The translations under genes were made by a program, and so were the position numbers. A stretch of 64,000 nucleotides of DNA from an uncultured Candidatus Saccharibacteria bacterium (lineage in GTDB: Bacteria > Patescibacteriota > Minisyncoccia > Phycocordibacterales > UBA918). The notes under the pieces were generated by a model. The model ran no database searches and was not told the origin of the DNA. It saw only the letters and a program-made list of their open reading frames with translations. How positions within the stretch are numbered: the stretch's first letter is position 1; every line of letters begins with the position of its first letter. Shown one piece after another: positions 16,664 to 24,465 of this stretch. Where the stretch lies: NCBI GenBank assembly GCA_964350985.1, contig CAYGLK010000001.1, positions 158,636-222,635 of the forward strand. The letters are read 5' to 3'.

Positions 16664-16969
16664 ATGCTTACACTTTACTACAAACCAACTTGCGCATTCT
16701 GCCGTCGAGTTTTAGCGGTCATTGACCGTCTGGAGCTAGAGGCAGAGCTAAAAGATATCAGTGAAGATACAGCACTTGAAGCTGAACTGATTGCTCTTGG
16801 AGGCAAGAAGGCAGTGCCTTACTTGGTAGACGCAGATAAGGGTGTCTCGATGTACGAATCAGATGATATCGTGAACCACCTACAAACTACTTATGGAAAA
16901 GCGACCACCACAGCGACACGACCACGTATGCATATTGGCGATAATGTCTGTGTTTCTTGCGAAGGTTAA
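16664..16969 (+). CDS. Glutaredoxin / GST N-terminal domain protein
   Basis: CAFC, GGKKAVPYLVD and MYESDDI motifs; C-terminal CVSCEG. Confidence 0.88.
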   Translation: MLTLYYKPTCAFCRRVLAVIDRLELEAELKDISEDTALEAELIALGGKKAVPYLVDADKGVSMYESDDIVNHLQTTYGKATTTATRPRMHIGDNVCVSCEG

Positions 16970-16975
16970 TCTTGC

Positions 16976-17221
16976 ATGTATATAAGAGTGGCGGTTTGGC
17001 CCGGATCTAAAAAGGAAGAAGTTAAAAAAACAAAAGAAAACTACTTTGAAATCAGGGTAAAAGAACCAGCAGAGAGGAACCTGGCTAATAAAAGATTAAA
17101 AGAAATACTAGCCCAAGAATTTGAAGTCAGCACAGGCTCTGTACGTTTAGTCTCAGGGCATCAGTCAAGCAGAAAAATATTTTCATTACCAGATGAGGTA
17201 ACCGATAATAAAAAACAATGA
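16976..17221 (+). CDS. DUF167 (YggU-like) protein
   Basis: V.V.PGS, VKEPAERNLAN and SGHQSSRK pattern. Confidence 0.85.
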   Translation: MYIRVAVWPGSKKEEVKKTKENYFEIRVKEPAERNLANKRLKEILAQEFEVSTGSVRLVSGHQSSRKIFSLPDEVTDNKKQ

Positions 17222-17586
17222 TCTTCAAAAATATAACATTCAAACATACCAATATAGAGACCGATCAAAAACTGGACGCTTTGGTAGAACAAAAATTAGT
17301 CTCACTAGAAAAATATCTAGACCAAGGACATGAAGTAAGGGCCGAAGTAGAGTTTGAAAAAATACCTTCGCATAAAACGGGACTAATCTGTCGTCTGGAA
17401 ATAAATGTTTGGTCAGGAGGAACTTTGTACCGAGCTGAGACAACCGAAGAAACTTTTGAGATGGCGATAGACGTAGTCAGAAATGAATTAGATCAAGAAA
17501 TGCGTCGAGCTCACAAAAAACACCACAGTCTTATCAGAAGAGGAGGACGAAAAATTAAAGAGATGATGCGCTGGGGAGGGAAGTAG
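17218..17586 (+). CDS. hpf: Ribosome hibernation promoting factor (RaiA/HPF)
   Basis: KL..LEKY, C.LEINV and AID...ELD.EMRR pattern. Confidence 0.85.
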   Translation: MIFKNITFKHTNIETDQKLDALVEQKLVSLEKYLDQGHEVRAEVEFEKIPSHKTGLICRLEINVWSGGTLYRAETTEETFEMAIDVVRNELDQEMRRAHKKHHSLIRRGGRKIKEMMRWGGK

Positions 17587-17594
17587 AAAAGCTT

Positions 17595-17637
17595 AATAAA
17601 AACCAGTCTAAGGAAACTCCTTAGACTGGTTTTTATT
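17595..17637. terminator. Bidirectional intrinsic terminator
   Basis: 20-bp perfect inverted repeat with A/T tails. Confidence 0.85.
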
Positions 17638-17687
17638 TTGTCCCCATAACTTTAAGGACGACTTATTTAAAGGGGTATAATTAGTCA

Positions 17688-18350
17688 ATGAAGAAAATCC
17701 TATCTTTTATCACGACACTATCACTCTTAGGTGGTGTTTTTCCAACCTTGGTTGTGCCAGAGATAGTCACGGCGCAAGGTGATGATTATTGTGCCGAGTA
17801 TTATGGTGACTATGTTCCGAGTAGCTCAAACTTTACCGCCCATGGTTTAACTAAGGTAGAAGTAGCTTTCTCGGATATTTGGAGCGTAGAACCAGGTATG
17901 GGCGGTGGTAATACTATGCCAGTACCCGGTCCGTTCTTGCCAGAAACTCAAGGACATTATTTGACTATACCAATTGTCTTTACTGGTGATCAGATAGGGA
18001 ATGGATCAGTTCAGACAAACTTTTCATTTGTAGAATGGCAGCCCCGGCCAAATATAGATTACCCGGTTGTGACCCATTCAATTTCTTACTCAATTAGTCC
18101 ATGTCCTGGAGATTTTCGACCAGTAGTACAAAATTCACCTGATCCATATCTACGTTTTTCTTGTCGTGGTGGATCTCCTACGATTTCTGGTAATTTTTCT
18201 TTAAGTAGCATTGCTTCTTTGGCAGGCTGTCCGACACCTAAAGGAAAAAAGCTTTACTTAAATATTGCTACTTACAATATGTTTTTGTCAGATTTGCCAT
18301 TTGACCAGTACTGTACAAGTACTTGTGGGGTAGCCTTAAGAGTGCAATAG
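17688..18350 (+). CDS. Secreted Cys-containing hypothetical protein
   Basis: Signal-peptide-like N-terminus; six Cys; 220 aa. Confidence 0.7.
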   Translation: MKKILSFITTLSLLGGVFPTLVVPEIVTAQGDDYCAEYYGDYVPSSSNFTAHGLTKVEVAFSDIWSVEPGMGGGNTMPVPGPFLPETQGHYLTIPIVFTGDQIGNGSVQTNFSFVEWQPRPNIDYPVVTHSISYSISPCPGDFRPVVQNSPDPYLRFSCRGGSPTISGNFSLSSIASLAGCPTPKGKKLYLNIATYNMFLSDLPFDQYCTSTCGVALRVQ

Positions 18351-18367
18351 AATTTTTAATTGGATAT

Positions 18368-19225
18368 TTAAGAGAAATAGACAGAGAAGTCCATTTCTTT
18401 TTTACCTTCGGGAACGATGCTTCCGATAACTAAATGTCCTCGATTATCTATTTCAGCACTTTTGATTTTTATTCTTTTTCCTTCATGAATAAAAAATGTT
18501 TCTGGCCAACCAGCAAAAGCGCGAATCTTGAGTAACATTTGATAGGCGTCTTTACCACTAGGTAAGTTGCGTGGGTCTATTTCAAGTTGACTCATTTCTT
18601 TGGTGATCTTGGTACAAAAAGTTGCTTCTTCGTGGTTCTGTTCAGTTGGGGTAATTTCAGCATTTAAATATTCAGTCAAAGTAACTGAAAGTAGATCACC
18701 ACCAAGTTCAGCTAAAATCTGATCCAAGACTAGTCCATCCATTGGCCATTCAGTCTCCGGAATACGAGCCTTCTCTTGAGTCAAAATTGGTCCGTGATCC
18801 ATTTTTTCATCAAGTAGCATTACTGATACGCCAGTGTTTCTTTCGTCATTTAAAATTGCACTACGAATTGGACTAGCGCCACGAAATTTTGGTAGTAAGG
18901 AAGGATGTACATTCAAGACTCCTTTTTTAGGTAAGTCTAAAAGCCACTTAGGCAAAATCTTGCCATATGCAACTACGATAAAAACATCCCAGTTAGTTTT
19001 ACTTAATTCTGCAGCTACACTTTCGTCCTTTAGAGTTTCTGGCTGAAGCAGTGAGATTGAGTTTTCACGTGCATAGAAAGCAGCGGGTGGGGGAGTAAGG
19101 ATACCTTTCCTTCCTACCTTAGCATCAGGATTACTGATAATAAGATCTGGAATTATATTAGCTAACTTGAGTCTTTTTAAAACAGTGACAGCAATTTCCG
19201 GAGTGCCAAAAAAAGCTATTTTCAT
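18368..19225 (-). CDS. fmt: Methionyl-tRNA formyltransferase
   Basis: FFGTP, VAYGKIL, NVHPSLLPKFRGASP, MDHGPI. Confidence 0.96.
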   Translation of the reverse strand: MKIAFFGTPEIAVTVLKRLKLANIIPDLIISNPDAKVGRKGILTPPPAAFYARENSISLLQPETLKDESVAAELSKTNWDVFIVVAYGKILPKWLLDLPKKGVLNVHPSLLPKFRGASPIRSAILNDERNTGVSVMLLDEKMDHGPILTQEKARIPETEWPMDGLVLDQILAELGGDLLSVTLTEYLNAEITPTEQNHEEATFCTKITKEMSQLEIDPRNLPSGKDAYQMLLKIRAFAGWPETFFIHEGKRIKIKSAEIDNRGHLVIGSIVPEGKKEMDFSVYFS

Positions 19226-19755
19226 GTAAGTGGAGCTTCGCTTCGATCTTTATCTTTCATGTCTTCTTTAGTCCAAATTTTTTCAGCGCGATCAGTAAAT
19301 AAGATTCCATCCAAGTGATCAGTTTCGTGTTGAATAATTTGAGCTAAAAGCCCACCAGCGCCACGAGAAAATGGTTTTCCATTTTCATCTAGTGCCTCTA
19401 GAGTGACATTTGTAGATCTTTTGACAGTGCCGTAGCGGTCAGGAATTGAAAGACAACCCTCACCGACTATGTGGGTTTTTTTAGAAAACTTAGTAATTTT
19501 TGGATTAACAGCAATGATAGTTGGTAGCCGGTCCTCTTCACCACTTTGGTCTTCGATGATAAACAGACGCTTACTAACTCCAATTTGTGGGGAAGCAATA
19601 GCAACAGCAGTATAGCCGTCTATTTTATAGGTTTTAATAGCTTGCCTCAGGTCTTTAAGGAGTTTTTTTACACTACCGTCAGCAAACTCTGCTGGTGTGA
19701 TTTCCTCAGCAATAGTATGTAAAGCAGGATGGTTTTCTGGTACTAATTTAGCCAT
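19222..19755 (-). CDS. def: Peptide deformylase
   Basis: ASPQIG, EGCLS, QHETDHLDG. Confidence 0.96.
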   Translation of the reverse strand: MAKLVPENHPALHTIAEEITPAEFADGSVKKLLKDLRQAIKTYKIDGYTAVAIASPQIGVSKRLFIIEDQSGEEDRLPTIIAVNPKITKFSKKTHIVGEGCLSIPDRYGTVKRSTNVTLEALDENGKPFSRGAGGLLAQIIQHETDHLDGILFTDRAEKIWTKEDMKDKDRSEAPLT

Positions 19756-19798
19756 ATTTATGTGTCTTAATTATAGCAAACTAACATAAGGAGTGAAA

Positions 19799-21694
19799 TT
19801 AGACAATTCTGCCGGGGTCAATTTCAATTCGGATATACGGCGGTAATTTTTTTAATTTTGTCATAAAGTCCTCCGCTTCTTTTCCACTACGATTTATTTT
19901 AAAGAGAGCGTGTCTGAGGATTTTATCGTCACTAGAATTAGGGTTGTTGTAGTAACTGGCTGTGTGCGGGCTAGCGATAGTCTCAATAACTTTCTCAGTG
20001 TTAGTGACCACCTCTTTATTTCCGGTCCAGCTGAGTAAGACAAAAGTAACCACTGGAGGGTACTGAAGGGCTTCTCTTAGTTGAATCTCCTCATTATAAA
20101 AAGCTTCTAAGCTACCATGTTTAGCGCTCTCTAAAACGGAGTCTGGTTTGATTCTGGTTTGAACCATCACTTCTTGGTTAGATAACTCGCGGAGTTCTAA
20201 AAGTAGTTTAAAGATATTCTCATCAGCTCGCCAAGTCGGATTTGACCTAGCTGCATCAAGAGAGACTATGGTACTTAGATCAACTCCGTTTAAAGCAAGG
20301 TAGGGAAGACACATCTGCGTTCCCACTAAAATAGAACTACGATTTTCATAAAATTCGGCTATTATTTTTTCAGCCCGTTTACGGGTGGAACCCATAATGT
20401 GATCTAGGAGGAATATCTTACTATTTGGGAATTGAGTAACAGCTTCGTCGTAAACGTGTTGAATACCAATGCCACGTGCTCGCAACCTCCAAGAGCCACA
20501 AGAAGGACAAGTATCAGCAGCGCGAATTTTCTTACCAGAAGTACCAGAAACAAACCAACGCTCCTCCTCACCTGACTTGTTGATTGTTTTAACTAGAGAG
20601 TATGGTGTTTCGGAGTCAGGGCAACGAAAGATGTATCCACAGTCAATACAAGTAACTACCGGAGCGATACCCCTTCTGGCACCATAAATAAAGACACGTC
20701 CCTTACCTTCAAGAATACTATTAACCCGTGCTGTCAGTTCCTTTGAAAATAAGACAAAAGGTTTTTCTGGGGTGGATTTATCTTTTTGTTCAATAATGGT
20801 TAAGGGAGAAGAAAAAGCAATTCTTTTAGTTTCGCTGTTGAAAGTGTTGTAAGTTTCCATTCGCCTGCGGTACTCGTCTTCTGTTCTAGGTAAAACATCA
20901 CCAAGAAGAATACTGCGACCAGTGATGGCAGCGTAAGTAGTGAGGGCGGTACGGTGATCAAAGTAGGGACGTAACTGACTACGGTAGGTTTCGTTGGCTG
21001 ATTTTTCAACTACCACAGATATGAGATCAACTCGATCAAGATAAGCATGAGATGGGGTAGTGATGATAAGACGAGCTAGGGTTGTATCTTCAAAGGCGGC
21101 GTAGGCTTTTTCTTGCTCGTGTTTACTAGCAGAAGGTGAGAAGACCACAACTCTGTCTTCGATACCTTGAGCAAGATGTTTTTTGGCGTATGCGATATGA
21201 GCTGAAGTGGGGACAATAAACATCACTGATCCACGTCTAGCTAAGACACTACGGATATGGCTCCGATATGAAATATAACGATCAGCAATAGCTGCTGTTA
21301 GTAGTTGAGGCACTGTATCCTCGTCATGAACGAGAGAAGAAACAATTGGATACTGATATTGGCCAGTGCGAACGTCAGGTGGAAGTAGTTGATACAAAAT
21401 AGCACCGATTGAGCTAGGATATATTTTTGTCAGTTTTTCAGCAGTTAACTGAATATTTTTTGGGACAACTGACTCTGGTGTTTGTTCTGGTAGTTTACGA
21501 AGTGTAAAAGAAGCTGTTTTAAGTGAACTTTTACTTTCACTAACCGGCTTTACTTCAGTCACAACAGCTCGGTGAGTTTTTCCGCGGATGGGTATGTTGA
21601 GAAAAGTACCTATCTGGTACTCCACCTTACTGTAATACGACAGCGAGTCGATTTTTGTGCCGCGAATTAGGGGAATTACCTGAATAACAAACAT
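19799..21694 (-). CDS. priA: Primosomal protein N' (degenerate PriA)
   Basis: N-terminal DNA-binding region, RRG...CxxCG...CP...CPSCGS, GI, ILVGTQM, QYPP; no GSGKT Walker A. Confidence 0.8.
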   Translation of the reverse strand: MFVIQVIPLIRGTKIDSLSYYSKVEYQIGTFLNIPIRGKTHRAVVTEVKPVSESKSSLKTASFTLRKLPEQTPESVVPKNIQLTAEKLTKIYPSSIGAILYQLLPPDVRTGQYQYPIVSSLVHDEDTVPQLLTAAIADRYISYRSHIRSVLARRGSVMFIVPTSAHIAYAKKHLAQGIEDRVVVFSPSASKHEQEKAYAAFEDTTLARLIITTPSHAYLDRVDLISVVVEKSANETYRSQLRPYFDHRTALTTYAAITGRSILLGDVLPRTEDEYRRRMETYNTFNSETKRIAFSSPLTIIEQKDKSTPEKPFVLFSKELTARVNSILEGKGRVFIYGARRGIAPVVTCIDCGYIFRCPDSETPYSLVKTINKSGEEERWFVSGTSGKKIRAADTCPSCGSWRLRARGIGIQHVYDEAVTQFPNSKIFLLDHIMGSTRKRAEKIIAEFYENRSSILVGTQMCLPYLALNGVDLSTIVSLDAARSNPTWRADENIFKLLLELRELSNQEVMVQTRIKPDSVLESAKHGSLEAFYNEEIQLREALQYPPVVTFVLLSWTGNKEVVTNTEKVIETIASPHTASYYNNPNSSDDKILRHALFKINRSGKEAEDFMTKLKKLPPYIRIEIDPGRIV

Positions 21695-21760
21695 GTGAAG
21701 GTCATTGTAACAGACTTCCGCCAAGCGGTCAGATTTTAGCTTTTTATTCTAGAATAGAGA

Positions 21761-23260
21761 CTAAACTTCGTCCAAGTAAGACAGTTTGGCGCCGATAGAT
21801 GATAGACGTTCAACTAAGTTCTCGTATCCGCGTTTGATGCTGTAGATGTTGCGTAAGACACTATGTCCTTCAGCTCCAAGCATGGCTACTAGAAGAATAG
21901 TGGCTGGCCGTAGGGCAGGTGGGCAGATCAACTCTGTAGACTTTAGTTTTGTTGGTCCAGTTATATAGATACGGTGCGGGTCAGCCAAAGCGGTGTCAGC
22001 TCCAAGTTTTTCAAGTTCGGTAAAGTAGATAGCTCTTTTTTCATACATCCAATCATGAATTAGAGTTTGTCCTTCAGCTTGTGTGGCGATAGCTGCAAAG
22101 AAAGGAAGGTTGTCTGCATTTAGTCCTGGGTAGGGTCTAGAGTGAATTTTTTCTGGAGAAGCAGTGAGCTTGCTGTTTTTTATTTTAAGGTCCACTAGTT
22201 TAGTTACACCGTTGTGTGAGAAGTAAACTTTTGACTTTGTGTATTCGAGTCCCATTTTTTCTAACACTAGTAATTCCAGTTCCAGAAACTCTATCGGGCA
22301 GCGGGTGATAGTTAAGTTTGATTTGGTGACAATGGCTGCTGCAATAAAAAACATACTATCGGTTGGGTCTTCAGCTAAGTTGTATTCTATCGGGGTGTTG
22401 ATTTCAGCTATACCGGTAACTGTCAGTGTAGTAGTACCAATTCCTTCGATTTTTACTCCTAGTTTTTGTAAGAAAATACAAATCTCTTGCACCATGTAGT
22501 TGGCTGAGGCGTATTTGATTATGGTTGTGGTTGGTGTTTTCGCTGCGGCAAAAAGAGCATTTTCAGTTACTGTGTCACCAGACTCATAAAGAATGATCTC
22601 ACTAGGAGTTGCTGGTACTTTAGTAACGTTATAAGAGGTTGCAGTGGTTTCAATATTGACGCCAAAGTTCTCCAGGGCGTAGAAATGAGGACGTACTGTT
22701 CGACTGCCAAGTTTGCAGCCACCAGTTTGAGGAAGACTGAATTTATCCATTAAGTGGATTAGTGGTCCGATAAACATCACAATACTTCGAGTTTTTTTGG
22801 CAGCTTCGATATCAATTTTCTTTAGGTCGATTTTCTTTGGTGGAGTAATCTTGAGATTGTTTCCTTGCCATTCTATTTTTACACCAATACTTTCAAGTAC
22901 TTCGATAATACGATGAACTTCTTCAATCCGAGGCATGTGATGCAAGGTGGTGGAGCTTCTGTTTAGAAGGCTGGCACAAAGGAGTCCAACAGCACCGTTT
23001 TTTGAAGTGTTTGTTTCGATGGTTCCAGAGAGTTTTTTACCACCATCAATTTGAATATTATAGCCACCAGGTGAGAGGCTGATAATGTTTTGTCCCAGAG
23101 CCTGACTGACCTTGGATAAGGTGTCAGTACTGATGTTTTGTTTACCTGACTCTAGTCTGGCGATAGCGCTTTGAGTAGTTTTCATTTTTTTGGCTAAAGC
23201 TGCTTGGGTGATACCCTTACTTTCTCTAACCTTAGTAATACGTTGTCCGATATTTTTCAT
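21761..23260 (-). CDS. murA: UDP-N-acetylglucosamine 1-carboxyvinyltransferase with N-terminal XRE HTH
   Basis: SKN, GGCKLGSR, PYPG, ALR, RGYE; N-terminal TQAALAKKMKTTQSAIARLESGKQN HTH. Confidence 0.93.
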   Translation of the reverse strand: MKNIGQRITKVRESKGITQAALAKKMKTTQSAIARLESGKQNISTDTLSKVSQALGQNIISLSPGGYNIQIDGGKKLSGTIETNTSKNGAVGLLCASLLNRSSTTLHHMPRIEEVHRIIEVLESIGVKIEWQGNNLKITPPKKIDLKKIDIEAAKKTRSIVMFIGPLIHLMDKFSLPQTGGCKLGSRTVRPHFYALENFGVNIETTATSYNVTKVPATPSEIILYESGDTVTENALFAAAKTPTTTIIKYASANYMVQEICIFLQKLGVKIEGIGTTTLTVTGIAEINTPIEYNLAEDPTDSMFFIAAAIVTKSNLTITRCPIEFLELELLVLEKMGLEYTKSKVYFSHNGVTKLVDLKIKNSKLTASPEKIHSRPYPGLNADNLPFFAAIATQAEGQTLIHDWMYEKRAIYFTELEKLGADTALADPHRIYITGPTKLKSTELICPPALRPATILLVAMLGAEGHSVLRNIYSIKRGYENLVERLSSIGAKLSYLDEV

Positions 23261-23270
23261 AATAGAGTTG

Positions 23271-23291
23271 ATTATAGCATATATGCTATAA
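23271..23291. promoter_or_regulatory. Perfect 20-bp palindrome over the murA extended -10 (putative operator)
   Basis: TTATAGCATATATGCTATAA at 23272-23291; the minus strand reads TGCTATAAT, ending 10 nt before the murA ATG. Confidence 0.7.
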
Positions 23292-23355
23292 GTTGTAACT
23301 TTGTTATGTGGAGGAAAAACGTAGTATAGTATAGGACCTAATAACATGATAAATA

Positions 23356-24372
23356 ATGTTCTGGAATAACTTAACTCCTAAAATCGGTATTGATCTTGGT
23401 ACAACTAGTATCTTGGTTTTTGTTCCTGGACAAGGGATTATTCTAAACGAACCATCGGTGGTAGCAGTGTCAGATGATAATCAAGTTTTGGCAGTAGGAG
23501 TCGAGGCTAAAAGAATGATTGGTAGAACCCCTGATAGCATTAGAGCGTATCGTCCTATGAAAGATGGAGTGATTGCTGACTACAGAGTAACTGAAGTGAT
23601 GTTGCGTTATTTTATCAGGAAGGCTCTAAGCCGCTACAACCTCTTTAAGCCAGACGTGATGGTCTCTGTACCAGCGGGGGTTACTTCTACTGAAAGAAGA
23701 GCGGTTGTAGAGGCGACCATAAAAGCTGGAGCCAGAAATGCTTATGTAGTTAAAGAGCCGATCTTGGCGGCTATTGGTGCAGGAGTACCTATATATGAAC
23801 CTCAAGGTCATATGATCGTCGACATTGGGGGAGGAACAATAGACGTGGCAGTAATTTCTCTTGGAGGAATAGTAGCCGCTAACTCCGTGAAGTGCGCTGG
23901 AAATAGAATAGACGCTGCGATTATCGACTACGTCAAAAAAACTCGTAATCTGTCGATTGGAGATAAGACCGCTGAAGAAATTAAAATTAAAATCGGTTCA
24001 GCTTTACCTTTGGAAGAAGAGTTAATGATGGAGGTCAAAGGGAGAGATGTTTTGTCGGGCCTACCGCGTACAGCTGAAGTTCGTACTAATGAAGTGGTGC
24101 GAGCAATTGGGCGTGAATTACGTGAGATGATTAAAGCGATCAAAGACGTGTTCCAAAACACACCACCTGAGCTTGCTGCCGATATTATTGACGGCGGAAT
24201 TATTATGACTGGAGGAACTTCACAATTACGCAATTTTCCTGAGTTAGTAAAAAGGCGTTCGGGGGTTAAAGCTTTCTTGGCCGATCAGGCACTATTTTGT
24301 GTAGCGACTGGTACTGGAATCGCACTGGAACACTTAGATACATATAAACGAACTGTTTTAGCAAAGAGATAA
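23356..24372 (+). CDS. mreB: Rod shape-determining protein MreB (paralog 1)
   Basis: IGIDLGT, EPSVVA, DIGGGT, TGG motifs. Confidence 0.95.
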   Translation: MFWNNLTPKIGIDLGTTSILVFVPGQGIILNEPSVVAVSDDNQVLAVGVEAKRMIGRTPDSIRAYRPMKDGVIADYRVTEVMLRYFIRKALSRYNLFKPDVMVSVPAGVTSTERRAVVEATIKAGARNAYVVKEPILAAIGAGVPIYEPQGHMIVDIGGGTIDVAVISLGGIVAANSVKCAGNRIDAAIIDYVKKTRNLSIGDKTAEEIKIKIGSALPLEEELMMEVKGRDVLSGLPRTAEVRTNEVVRAIGRELREMIKAIKDVFQNTPPELAADIIDGGIIMTGGTSQLRNFPELVKRRSGVKAFLADQALFCVATGTGIALEHLDTYKRTVLAKR

Positions 24373-24410
24373 ATAAAAGAATCGCAGCCTTTGGCTGCGA
24401 TTCTTTTATT
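24372..24410. terminator. Intrinsic terminator
   Basis: aataaaagaatcgcagcc/ggctgcgattcttttatt. Confidence 0.85.
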
Positions 24411-24465
24411 AAGACAGGGGATTTCAGGCAGACATATATTACTCCCTCCTGCTACACTAGAGTGA

